NCBI GenBank assembly: GCA_900552555.1
Contig: URZW01000002.1
Location: 13,760-77,759 of the forward strand
Direction of reading: 5' to 3'
Source of the DNA: an uncultured Clostridium sp.
GTDB lineage: Bacteria; Bacillota; Clostridia; TANB77; CAG-508
DNA: 64,000 bases
Each line of letters begins with the position of its first letter. Positions within the stretch are counted from its first letter, which is position 1. The notes below the pieces were generated by a model. It made no database searches. It saw only the letters and a program-made list of their open reading frames with translations, and had not been told where the DNA came from. The position numbers and the translations under genes are program-made. Of the stretch, positions 1 through 9,773 are shown piece after piece.

Positions 1-2741
1 TGAACAGTCAGTTATCATATTTAAAAAATATTAGAGGCGGAATTTTTGAGTTAAACAAAAATGAAATAAGCAAAGAAGATATGAATTTATTGCAATTTAT
101 TGCAGGAATAATAATAGATAGCAAAAAAGGTGGAATAAGTCACTCATTAAAAGATATTGAAGAAGAATATTTGGAAAAATATAAAAAGATTCCAAATGAG
201 CCAGAAAATATAATTATAGAACCAGAAAATCAAGAAAATATAGATATTTTACAAAACACAGAAAACTTGAAATATTATAATGAATATGGAGCATTTTCGG
301 CAGATGGAAAAGAATATTTAATAAAAGCAAACAAAGATAATCGACTTCCAACAGTATGGTCACACATTATGGCAAATAAAAAATTTGGAACATTGGTCAC
401 ACAAAGTATGGGTGGATATACTTGGTATAAAAACAGTAGACTAAATAGAGTAACAGCCTGGGAAAATCAACCTAATTTTGATATTCCATCAGAAATAATA
501 TATCTAAAAGACCAAGAAACGAAAAAGGTTTGGTCACTTGGACTAAACCCTATGCCAGATAATAAAAACTACAATGTAGTTTACGGATTTGGTTACACTA
601 AATTTATTCATAAAAGTGATGGAATAGAACAGGAATTAGAAGTTTTTGTCCCAAAAGAAGATAGTGTAAAAATACAAATTTTAAAATTAAAAAATATGAA
701 TTTAAACAGAAAAAAATTGAAAATTGTATATTATATGAAACCTGTTTTAGGTGAAGATGAACTTAAATCAAATGGATATATTGATTTAAAATATGATAAA
801 AATAACAATATAATTTGTGCACAAAATTTATATAATTCAGAATTTAAAAATGATGTAATATATGTATCAAATAGTGAAAAAATGCAAAGTTATACAGGAG
901 ATAAAAATTTCTTTTTTGGAAATGGAAATATATCAAATCCGGATGGCCTAAAAAAATCAAGTTTAAATAATGAAAACAGTTTAGGCAAAAAGCCATGTAT
1001 AGCATATGAAATAGAAGTAGAATTAGACAGCTTATCAGAAAAAGAAATTGTATTTTTGCTAGGAGCAGAAGATGCAGTACTAGACAGCAAAAACATTGCT
1101 TACAAATATAGCAAATTTCAAAATTGCAAACAAGAACTTGAAAATGTAAAAAGTTATTGGAGAGATATTTTAGGAAGACTTCAAGTTTACACACCACTAG
1201 AATCTATGAACATCATTTTAAATGGATGGGATATTTATCAAACACTACAAAGTAGGCTATTAAGTAAAACAGGATATTATCAATCAGGCGGTGCATACGG
1301 TTTTAGAGACCAATTACAAGACACACTAGCATTAAAATATATTGACCCACAAATTTTGAAAAATCAAATTTTAAAGCATAGTAAACAACAATTTTTAGAA
1401 GGTGATGTTGAACATTGGTGGCATGAAGAAACAGGAAGAGGGATAAGAACTAAATTTTCAGATGATTTGTTATGGCTTGTATATTTGACTGCTGAATATA
1501 TAGAATTTACAGGAGATTATTCAATATTAGAAGAGCAAACACCATATTTAATTGGAAAAGAATTAGAAGAAAATGAAGATGAAAGATATGACAAATTTGA
1601 GAGTACTAAGGAAAAAGGAAGTATTTATGAACATTGTATTAAAGCGATTGAAAGAAGTTTGAATTTTGGCGAAAATGGTTTGCCTAAAATTGGTAGTGGT
1701 GATTGGAATGATGGCTTTAGTAATGTTGGCCCTAAAGGAAAAGGTGAGAGTGTTTGGCTTGGATTTTTCTTGTATAATGTACTAGATAGATTTACTAAAA
1801 TTATGGAGCATGTATCAGAAAATACTATACTCGAAGAGCAACAAAAAAATGATAATAATAATTTAAACGAAGAGAATAATAATCAGAATAAAGAAAATAT
1901 TGAAAGCAAAATAGAAAAATACAAAACAATAATGCAACAATTAAAAAAATCATTAAACACAAACGGATGGGACGGAAGATGGTTTAAAAGAGCTTTTATG
2001 GATGATGGAAACACATTAGGAAGTATGGAAAATGACGAATGTAGAATAGATAGTATTGCACAAAGTTGGAGTACAATATCAAATGCAGGAGACAATGACA
2101 AAAAATATATATCAATGGAAAGCTTAGAAAATCACTTAATAGACAGAGAAAATGGAATAATAAAATTACTAGACCCACCATTTAAAAAAGGAAAACTAAA
2201 TCCAGGTTATATAAAATCATATTTACCAGGAGTTAGAGAAAATGGAGGACAATATACACACGCTGCAGTATGGGTAATAATAGCAGAATCAATGTTAGGA
2301 TTTGGGGACAAAGCAACAGAATTGTACAGAATGATAAATCCAATAGAACATGCACGAACAAAAGAAAGTTGTAAAAAATATAAAGTAGAACCATATGTAA
2401 TACCAGCAGATATTTATGGAGCAGGTAACTTAGCAGGTAGAGGTGGATGGACTTGGTACACAGGTTCTGCAAGTTGGTATTACAAAACAGGAATTGAAAA
2501 TATTTTGGGGTTAAAAATAAAAAGTGGTGTTGCTAAAATTGAACCATGTATTCCATCATCTTGGAAAGAGTATAATATTAAATATAAGTGGAAAAATGCT
2601 TTTTATAATATTGTTGTTAAAAATCCGAATGGCAAAAATACTGGAGTTGAAAAAGTTACAGTTAATGGAGTTGAATTGGGAAAAGCAAAAGAGATAAATC
2701 TTGAAGATAATGGAGTTTTTAATGTTGAAGTTTTAATGTGA
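1..2741 (+). CDS. GH94-family glycoside phosphorylase domain protein (cellobiose/cellodextrin phosphorylase-like); 5' end lies upstream of window
   Basis: Reading frame is open to nt 3 with no upstream stop. Conserved GH94 blocks are present: WWHEETGRGIRTKFSDD, GSGDWNDGFS, GESVWLGFF, PGVRENGGQYTHAAVW and GRGGWTWYTGSASW. Confidence 0.8.
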   Translation, partial: NSQLSYLKNIRGGIFELNKNEISKEDMNLLQFIAGIIIDSKKGGISHSLKDIEEEYLEKYKKIPNEPENIIIEPENQENIDILQNTENLKYYNEYGAFSADGKEYLIKANKDNRLPTVWSHIMANKKFGTLVTQSMGGYTWYKNSRLNRVTAWENQPNFDIPSEIIYLKDQETKKVWSLGLNPMPDNKNYNVVYGFGYTKFIHKSDGIEQELEVFVPKEDSVKIQILKLKNMNLNRKKLKIVYYMKPVLGEDELKSNGYIDLKYDKNNNIICAQNLYNSEFKNDVIYVSNSEKMQSYTGDKNFFFGNGNISNPDGLKKSSLNNENSLGKKPCIAYEIEVELDSLSEKEIVFLLGAEDAVLDSKNIAYKYSKFQNCKQELENVKSYWRDILGRLQVYTPLESMNIILNGWDIYQTLQSRLLSKTGYYQSGGAYGFRDQLQDTLALKYIDPQILKNQILKHSKQQFLEGDVEHWWHEETGRGIRTKFSDDLLWLVYLTAEYIEFTGDYSILEEQTPYLIGKELEENEDERYDKFESTKEKGSIYEHCIKAIERSLNFGENGLPKIGSGDWNDGFSNVGPKGKGESVWLGFFLYNVLDRFTKIMEHVSENTILEEQQKNDNNNLNEENNNQNKENIESKIEKYKTIMQQLKKSLNTNGWDGRWFKRAFMDDGNTLGSMENDECRIDSIAQSWSTISNAGDNDKKYISMESLENHLIDRENGIIKLLDPPFKKGKLNPGYIKSYLPGVRENGGQYTHAAVWVIIAESMLGFGDKATELYRMINPIEHARTKESCKKYKVEPYVIPADIYGAGNLAGRGGWTWYTGSASWYYKTGIENILGLKIKSGVAKIEPCIPSSWKEYNIKYKWKNAFYNIVVKNPNGKNTGVEKVTVNGVELGKAKEINLEDNGVFNVEVLM

Positions 2742-2746
2742 GACAA

Positions 2747-2776
2747 GTGAGACAGTACAATTTGCCTCACTTTTTA
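2747..2776 (+). terminator. Rho-independent terminator (GTGAG...CTCAC + T5)
   Basis: Hairpin gtgagacagtacaatttgcctcac followed by ttttt, directly after the stop codon. Confidence 0.6.
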
Positions 2777-2927
2777 TTACAAAAATACAACTAAATGGAA
2801 AATGTTTTAAACAAAAATTCTGGATATGTGTAAAATATAACTTGGAAAAAACTAGAATATGTGGTAGAATTATAAAAAATAATCCTATAAATAAATTAAA
2901 TTGCAAACATATTGGAGGAGATGAAAC

Positions 2928-3704
2928 ATGAAATTAAAAGTGTTAGGAATTGATTCGCCACATGGCACAGAAACACATAACTGTCCAGGTTATTTAATTA
3001 CAGAAGGAAATACAAAAATACTATTAGATAGTGGAAGTGGAACACATAAATTATTAAGTTTTCCATCAGACTTAGAGAATTTATCTGTTATTATAAGTCA
3101 TTTACACAGAGACCACTATAATGATATATATAATATTCAATATTCTTCATTTGTTTATCATAATCAAAAAAGGATAGAATATCCAATAGAAATATATTTA
3201 CCTGCAACCTCCAAAAATATATATGAAGATATAATTAATGAAAAAAATAGTTTTGCTAATTATCACAATATTAATAAAGAGACTACTTTAAAAATAGGAG
3301 ATATAGACATAAGTTTTTGTCCAACAGACCATCCAGTAGAAACATATGCTATTAAGTTAAGTAGCGGGGGAAAAACAATAGTATATACAGCAGATACTTC
3401 ATTTTCTGCTAAAGATAGATTAGTAGAATTCGCAAAAAATTCAGACTTACTAATAAGTGAATCTAGCTTATTAACATCTTATGGTTTTCCTGAAATCAAC
3501 TCTCACTTAACTGCTAAACAAGCTGGAATAATTGCCAAAGAAGCTAATGTTGGAGCATTAATGTTGACACATTTTTGGCCAGAAGAATTACCTGAAAAAT
3601 ATGTAGAAGAAGCAAAAAATATTTTCCCAAAAGTAATTGCTGCAAATGAAGGTCAAATAATAGATTTACCTAGAATAAAAGAAAAAGAAGAAGATATGAG
3701 ATAA
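2928..3704 (+). CDS. MBL-fold metallo-hydrolase (RNase Z/ElaC-like)
   Basis: HxHxDH motif (ISHLHRDHY) plus downstream TDH and H ligands; RBS ggagga before ATG. Confidence 0.75.
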   Translation: MKLKVLGIDSPHGTETHNCPGYLITEGNTKILLDSGSGTHKLLSFPSDLENLSVIISHLHRDHYNDIYNIQYSSFVYHNQKRIEYPIEIYLPATSKNIYEDIINEKNSFANYHNINKETTLKIGDIDISFCPTDHPVETYAIKLSSGGKTIVYTADTSFSAKDRLVEFAKNSDLLISESSLLTSYGFPEINSHLTAKQAGIIAKEANVGALMLTHFWPEELPEKYVEEAKNIFPKVIAANEGQIIDLPRIKEKEEDMR

Positions 3705-3734
3705 TAAATCTCATACCATCTTCTTTTTTGGTTT

Positions 3735-4202
3735 TTATTTTTTTAATATAGCTAAAACTTCTTTAGGAATATACCTAGAAACATCTTTGCCATTTCTAAG
3801 CAATTCCATAACCATACTTGAACTGATATTACCTAATTTACCAGCCCTAATGTAAACCGTGTCAAGCCCTGATATTTCCTCATTAATAGAGGCAATGTTT
3901 TCCTCATATTCATAGTCCATACCATTTCTAATACCTCTAACTAAGAATGTTGAATTATAATCTAATGCAACATCCGAAGAAAAAGTAGCATAAGAGATAA
4001 CTATTACATTGTTTAAGTTTTCTCTAATTAATACTTGCTCAATTGCTTTTTGCATTGAATCCTTATCAAATCTCCGAGATTTCTTTGAATTAACACCAAT
4101 GCCAACTACAACTTTATCAAAAAGTTGAGCAGATTTAGCAATTACATGTAGATGACCATTTGTAAAAGGGTCAAAACTTCCTGCATAAAAACCAATTTTC
4201 AT
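3735..4202 (-). CDS. coaD: phosphopantetheine adenylyltransferase
   Basis: N-terminus MKIGFYAGSFDPFTNGHLHVI (T/HxGH nucleotidyltransferase motif); 155 aa matches CoaD length. Confidence 0.9.
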   Translation of the reverse strand: MKIGFYAGSFDPFTNGHLHVIAKSAQLFDKVVVGIGVNSKKSRRFDKDSMQKAIEQVLIRENLNNVIVISYATFSSDVALDYNSTFLVRGIRNGMDYEYEENIASINEEISGLDTVYIRAGKLGNISSSMVMELLRNGKDVSRYIPKEVLAILKK

Positions 4203-4442
4203 TTAAAAATCCTCCTTCATTTGTCTGGAGGTTTTACCCTCCAACATTTTATAATTTTCGGGTAACAAAATTTATAATTAAAATTATAACATATTTTATA
4301 TGAGTTTTACAAGTTATTATACTGTGAATTGTAAAAAACCTACATAAAAAATTAAATAAAAAAAGAAAAAAACTTGTATATTCCCAAAATTTATGATATA
4401 AATACTAGTATAAGAAGAAAGCTACAGAAAGGCGGAATTTTT

Positions 4443-5192
4443 GTGGAAGAAAATTTAGAAAAAGAAGCAAAAAAAGTACTAGTAGTAGATGACGAACAAG
4501 CAATAATCGACGTACTAGTATACAATTTACAAAAAGAAGGATACCAAACACTAGAAGCAACAGACGGAGTAACAGCAGTAAACATGGCATTAGAACAAAA
4601 GCCAGACCTAATGTTACTAGATATAATGTTGCCAAAAATGGACGGACTAACAGTATGTAAAAGAGTAAAAAATTATTTAAATATACCAATACTAATGTTG
4701 ACAGCAAAAGATGCAGAAATAGATAAAATAGTAGGACTAGAACTAGGTGCAGATGACTACATAACAAAACCATTCAGTGTAAGAGAGTTAATGGCAAGAG
4801 TAAAAGCAAACTTAAGAAAAAATGAAATCACAAACATCATAAAAGAAGCCCCAATAGAAGAAATGCCAGCTATTGAAGCAAACTCTGACAACATTATAAA
4901 AGTAAACGAACTAGAACTAGACTTAGATAGATTTGAAGTAAAAGTAAGAGGAGAAATAATAGACTTAACACTAAGAGAATTCGAAGTATTAAAATTTTTG
5001 GCATCACAACCGGGTCAAGTAATAACAAGAGAAACATTACTTGAAAAAGTATGGGGATATGAATATTATGGAGATATAAGAACTGTTGATGTTACAGTAA
5101 GAAGAATAAGAGAAAAAATTGAAAAAGATACATCAAGTCCCAAAATATTAATTACAAAAAGAGGTGTAGGCTATTATATAGCAACAAAATAA
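4443..5192 (+). CDS. OmpR-family response regulator, WalR/YycF-like (start uncertain; longest ORF begins 4374)
   Basis: Receiver domain (VLVVDDE...LMLLDIMLPKMDG...LTAKDAEIDKIVGLELGADDYITKPFSVRELMARVKANLRK) plus winged-helix C-terminal domain (GVGYYI). GTG at 4443 has an upstream aaaggcgga; ATG 4374 lacks an RBS. Confidence 0.8.
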   Translation: MEENLEKEAKKVLVVDDEQAIIDVLVYNLQKEGYQTLEATDGVTAVNMALEQKPDLMLLDIMLPKMDGLTVCKRVKNYLNIPILMLTAKDAEIDKIVGLELGADDYITKPFSVRELMARVKANLRKNEITNIIKEAPIEEMPAIEANSDNIIKVNELELDLDRFEVKVRGEIIDLTLREFEVLKFLASQPGQVITRETLLEKVWGYEYYGDIRTVDVTVRRIREKIEKDTSSPKILITKRGVGYYIATK

Positions 5193-5195
5193 AAA

Positions 5196-5250
5196 ATAGA
5201 AAGAATAGAAAAGACAATAAAAATAGTCAAAATATTCTTTCTATTTTTTG
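5196..5250 (+). terminator. hairpin terminator (12-bp stem atagaaagaata/tattctttctat + T-run)
   Basis: Perfect 12-bp inverted repeat followed by tttttt after the response-regulator stop. Confidence 0.55.
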
Positions 5251-5310
5251 TTGAAATTTATATAAAAATATGATTAAATTAAGAAAAATATAAAAGCAGG
5301 GGGAATAAAA

Positions 5311-5997
5311 ATGCCATCATGGGGAATTCATTTAGGAATAGCAAATACATTATCAAAGAAGATGGAAAATATAGATAAAAATCTATTTATATTTGGAAAT
5401 GTAGTACCAGACATAAATAATGGATATGTAGTAAAAGATATAAGCAAAATAATATCACATAAAATAACACATTATGATGGAGAAAAGGATTTTAAAGGAT
5501 ACAGAAAGTTTTATATAAAATATATATATGATATAAAAAATCCAGTGGTATTAGGCAGTTTGACACATTTGATGACAGACTACTATTTTAATAATATAAC
5601 ATATTCAAGAAAAGCAATCTGGGAAAACGGAAAAGTTGCTGGACTAAAATTAAATACTGGTAAAGAAATAAAATGTGACAAAGAAACAGTAAGAAAAATA
5701 AAAGAAAATGATTTTAAAATATTTGCAGATTATATATATAAAAGTCACGAATTATCAAATATAAAATATGATGAAAAAATGTTATCAATAAATCCAATTG
5801 TAGAAGAATTTGACATAAGCAAAGAAGATGCTGAAAAGACAATAGAATATGTAAATTGTTATATAGAAAATAAGAAAAATATTATTGATAAATGCGAAAA
5901 TAAAGAATATCAGATATTTACACAAAATGAAATGGAAGAGATATCAGAAAATTGTGTGGATTTCATATTAGAATTTTTAGAAAAAATAAAAAATTAA
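5311..5997 (+). CDS. hypothetical protein (possible Zn-dependent phospholipase C-like fold: N-terminal WGxH, internal HxxTD)
   Basis: Clean 228-aa ORF with RBS aaaagcaggggg. The family assignment rests only on the N-terminal W/H pattern and is weak. Confidence 0.45.
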   Translation: MPSWGIHLGIANTLSKKMENIDKNLFIFGNVVPDINNGYVVKDISKIISHKITHYDGEKDFKGYRKFYIKYIYDIKNPVVLGSLTHLMTDYYFNNITYSRKAIWENGKVAGLKLNTGKEIKCDKETVRKIKENDFKIFADYIYKSHELSNIKYDEKMLSINPIVEEFDISKEDAEKTIEYVNCYIENKKNIIDKCENKEYQIFTQNEMEEISENCVDFILEFLEKIKN

Positions 5998-6004
5998 ACT
6001 TATA

Positions 6005-6082
6005 GGAAGTTTTAAAACTTTCCTGCAATATAAAAAGAAACCGCAAGGTTCTCAAAATGTCGAATTTTGCGGTCGATTTTTT
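6005..6082 (+). terminator. two tandem hairpins, the second followed by a T-run
   Basis: ggaagttttaaaactttcc, then accgcaa...ttgcggt cgatttttt. Confidence 0.45.
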
Positions 6083-6215
6083 AGTTAAATTAAAAAAACA
6101 TATTGACATCAAAAAAATAAAAAGTTATAATCTACTTAAATTTTTAATCAAAAATATTTTTTATCTAAATTAAATTAGATCTAATTAAAAAAAATCCAAT
6201 TTACCAAATCAAAAA

Positions 6216-6872
6216 ATGGAGGTGAAAATAGAACAAGTGAACCGAAAATTTATATCAAACAGCAATTATGTATTCAGAAAAATATTAAATTCTGAAGATT
6301 GTTTAGGCATCATAAAAAATTTTATAGAAGCAATATTAGACATAAAAATAAAAGAAATAGAGCTAAATCCATATCTGAAACAAAAAGAAAATTATTTACC
6401 ACGCGAAGAAAATTTTGGAATTGCAGATGTAAGAATACATACATATGAAAATGAAGAAATGAATGTAGGAATTCAATTCATAGATGGAATATATGTTCAA
6501 ACAAAAATGCTAATGTACTATTCCCAAATACATCTAAATCAACTAGAATATGGCGATAATAGAGAATTTGCAAAAACAATAACAATAAACTTATTAGATT
6601 TTAATTATTTTTCTTCAAAAGGATGTAAAAAAACAATAAGAATTAAGACAAATGAAGGAGATGTAAGACTTGAAGAGATAGAAATGATATCAATAGAATT
6701 GCCTAAATTCAGATGCTATGACAATGACGATTTGACAGAAATAGAACAATGGCTACAATATTTAAAAGGGTGTGATGAAAACACATTAGAAAAAATAAAA
6801 AGCCAAAACAAATATATAAAAAAATTAGATACACTTGCAGAAAAATATTGGCTTGAAGAAAAAATGGAATAA
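6216..6872 (+). CDS. Rpn/YhgA-like PD-(D/E)XK nuclease family protein (transposase_31-like)
   Basis: Family pattern YVFRKIL...GIADVRI...NVGIQF...YYSQ...ELPKF matches the Rpn layout of Y.FKK...D...IEIQ...ELPKF. Confidence 0.55.
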   Translation: MEVKIEQVNRKFISNSNYVFRKILNSEDCLGIIKNFIEAILDIKIKEIELNPYLKQKENYLPREENFGIADVRIHTYENEEMNVGIQFIDGIYVQTKMLMYYSQIHLNQLEYGDNREFAKTITINLLDFNYFSSKGCKKTIRIKTNEGDVRLEEIEMISIELPKFRCYDNDDLTEIEQWLQYLKGCDENTLEKIKSQNKYIKKLDTLAEKYWLEEKME

Positions 6873-6902
6873 GAGGGAAAAAATCCCTCTTAAAAATAAA
6901 TT

Positions 6903-9176
6903 TTATCGTTTCTTTAAAATAACTTTTATAACAGTACCTGCATCAACATTAGAACCTTTTGGAGTATCCTGTGAAACAACAGTACCAGTACCTTCAACAC
7001 TAATGTTTAGATTTGCATTTCTTAATTCCGTTGTAGCCTGATATTTACTCTTACCAGTTAAATCTGGAACAGTAGCAGATGTTCTTGTATCTTGGTCATA
7101 TAACATTATTAGAGAACCTTTTGATAAAGAAGCACCAGGCTTTGGAACTTGATCTTTAACTAATGTGCTATTTTTATCTTTAGAAGTAGATATTTTAGCA
7201 GTAAATCCAGCATTTGTTAATATTTTTTCAGCCTCTGCAATAGTTTTATTTCTAACTTCAGGAACTGAAACTAAATCTTCATCATCTGTAGAATCAGCAT
7301 CAGAAGGTATACCCAAGTAAGGCAAAATTTCTGACAACATTTGAGATACAACAGGACCTGCTAATGTACCACCTTGATGGTTACTCTTTGGAGGTTTATA
7401 CAAGTTAAGTAATAGAACAACTTGAGTATCTTCAACAGGAGAAATTGCAACATATGTAGCAACATAACCATCAATATCTTCTCTACCAGCTCTTGGCTCA
7501 GAAGTACCAGTTTTTCCACCAACAGTATAACCTGAAACTCCACCTCTCCAACCAGTTCCATTTTCTACAACAGATTGCATCATAGATTTTACTTTTGAAG
7601 CAGTTTCAGAAGAAATAACCTGTCTTACTTGTTCAGTATCAATATTTGTAACAGCACCAGTATCAGTATTGGTAATAGATTTTACAATTCTAGGTTTCAT
7701 TAAAATCCCATCATTAGCAATTGCAGAAATTGCAGTAATCATTTGCAAAGGAGTAATACTAAAACGTTGTCCAAAAGAATAAGTTGCTCTTTCAACTGGG
7801 ATTACAGTTGACTCCTCTTTAAATATAGAACTAGCTTCTCCAGGTAAATCAACACCTGTTTTATCAAAAAATCCAAAAGATTTATAATATTTATATAATG
7901 TTGCAGTCCCTATTCTAGTTCCTAATTGTATAAGAGCAGGGTTACATGAATTTTCCAAAGCATTTCTTAAAGATTGAGAACCATGTGAACCATCTGTTTT
8001 CCAACAACTTATTTTAACACCATCAACAGTTTCAGAACCTGAACAATAGAAATCACCAGCAACATCTGTACCAGTAATGTTTTCCTCTAAAGCAGTAGAA
8101 GCAGTAATTAATTTAAAAACAGAACCAGGTTCATATAATTCAGAAACAGCCTTATTAGACCACATCTTATAAATGGCATTAGTCTTTTCTTCTGAACTTA
8201 ATGAATTATATGTTTTTGCAAGGAAAGAATTTGGTGTAAAGGGTTGATTTAAATCATAATTTGGATAATTAGCTATTGCTAATATATCACCAGTTTTAGG
8301 ATTCATTACAATACAACTACCACCATTTTCAACATTATTATTATCAACAGCTTGTTGTAGATATTTTTCAACAATTTTTTGAATATTTAAATCAATAGTA
8401 AGGGTCAAATCACTGCCATTTTCAGCTGCAATATATGTTTCTTCAGTATTTGGAATCTCTTCTTGACTAGCACTTTTTGAACTTACAATTTTACCTGGAG
8501 TTCCAGATAAAACATCATCCCATTTATTTTCAATACCAGATAAACCTTGATTATCACTACCACAGGAACCAAGAACCTGAGCAAGAAGAGAATCATTAGG
8601 ATAATATCTTTTTGTATCTTCATCTATATTTATTCCTACAGAAACATTATTTTCATCCATCCATTTTTTTAATTTGTCAACCCTATCTTGGTCAACTTTT
8701 TTTGCTATTGTTTCAACTTTTGATGTACTTGTAACTTTTTTTAAAGTTTCACCATAATCAAGTTCAAATATATCAGAAAGAGCTTTTGCAACTTTTTCTT
8801 TTAAAGCTTGAGTATTATCATTATTTTTTGAATCCTTAATTTTTTCAGGATTTATTGTTATTGTGTCAACAGAAGCACTTGTTGCAAGAGTATGACCAGT
8901 AGAATCATATATAGCACCTCTTTTGGGACTTATTATTTGGTTTATTGATTGTTGATTATATGCAAGTTCTTTTAAATAGTTACCTTGCACAAATTGTAAA
9001 AATCCAATTCTTCCTATCAATATTGCTAGAATTAGAATTATTACTATAAATATTGTTTTAATTTTTTTTGTATATATAAAATTTTGTGATTTGAATTCCG
9101 TGTTTATTTTTGTTATTTTTTTATTTACATTTTTTGTTTTTTTCGATTTGTTTTTCTTATCCAATATTTTCACCAC
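6903..9176 (-). CDS. class B penicillin-binding protein with C-terminal PASTA domains (PBP2x/SpoVD-like transpeptidase)
   Basis: N-terminal TM segment; SXXK (GSVFK), SXN (SCN) and KTG(T) motifs; two PASTA-like repeats at the C-terminus. Confidence 0.85.
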   Translation of the reverse strand: MVKILDKKNKSKKTKNVNKKITKINTEFKSQNFIYTKKIKTIFIVIILILAILIGRIGFLQFVQGNYLKELAYNQQSINQIISPKRGAIYDSTGHTLATSASVDTITINPEKIKDSKNNDNTQALKEKVAKALSDIFELDYGETLKKVTSTSKVETIAKKVDQDRVDKLKKWMDENNVSVGINIDEDTKRYYPNDSLLAQVLGSCGSDNQGLSGIENKWDDVLSGTPGKIVSSKSASQEEIPNTEETYIAAENGSDLTLTIDLNIQKIVEKYLQQAVDNNNVENGGSCIVMNPKTGDILAIANYPNYDLNQPFTPNSFLAKTYNSLSSEEKTNAIYKMWSNKAVSELYEPGSVFKLITASTALEENITGTDVAGDFYCSGSETVDGVKISCWKTDGSHGSQSLRNALENSCNPALIQLGTRIGTATLYKYYKSFGFFDKTGVDLPGEASSIFKEESTVIPVERATYSFGQRFSITPLQMITAISAIANDGILMKPRIVKSITNTDTGAVTNIDTEQVRQVISSETASKVKSMMQSVVENGTGWRGGVSGYTVGGKTGTSEPRAGREDIDGYVATYVAISPVEDTQVVLLLNLYKPPKSNHQGGTLAGPVVSQMLSEILPYLGIPSDADSTDDEDLVSVPEVRNKTIAEAEKILTNAGFTAKISTSKDKNSTLVKDQVPKPGASLSKGSLIMLYDQDTRTSATVPDLTGKSKYQATTELRNANLNISVEGTGTVVSQDTPKGSNVDAGTVIKVILKKR

Positions 9177-9270
9177 TCTTTTGTTAAAAATTATAATATT
9201 ATTTTATATTAAACATATTTAAAAATCAATAAATTTCTTAAAATTTAAAGAAAATCAGTTATTATATAGT

Positions 9271-9738
9271 TACAATTCACATTTTTTACAAAAATTTGTG
9301 TGTAAGTTGCTTCCTTAAGGGTTATATATATTTGGTATTGTATCCGCTTGAATGAAGTAAAAAATAGAAAATTTTAAATAAAAAAATGAGGAATGCTCAC
9401 GGAAAAAATGTATATGTATATGGTTTGATAATTTTCTCGGTTCAATACGCAACATAAGAATTTCTAAAATAAATTAATGGCACCCTTCCACTTAGTCCTC
9501 ACTTCGTTCGACGTGAACCCTTTCCATTAATTTATTTAAGAAATTCTAATATTGCTCCAATCACATTCGAAAATGATAAAACCATATACATATACATTTT
9601 TAGCCTGAGTGAGAGAGGCTCAGTTTTTTATTTTAGATTTTCTTTTTGAACGTAATGAACAGGATACAATACCAAATATATATAACCCTTAAGGAAGCAA
9701 CTTACACATCAATTTTTGAAAAAATGTGAATTATAAAA
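9271..9738. repeat. composite palindromic intergenic element, copy 1 (about 75-bp outer inverted repeats around a 2-fold-symmetric core)
   Basis: Positions 9273-9345 are the reverse complement of 9662-9736. The core recurs at 41150-41520 and 34775-34985. Confidence 0.85.
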
Positions 9739-9773
9739 CATTTTTAAGATAAAAAAAGAAAGGAAAATTATTT

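Noticed and set aside
9436-9460. tRNA-like T-loop sequence GGTTCAATAC within the palindromic element
   Set aside because: No complementary T-stem, acceptor stem or anticodon arm can be drawn. The segment is simply part of the element's symmetric arm.
9271-9738. Retron msr/msd-like non-coding RNA (long inverted repeats around a hairpin-forming core)
   Set aside because: No reverse-transcriptase gene lies adjacent to any of the three copies, and the flanking inverted repeats differ at each locus. A MITE or sRNA explanation fits better.
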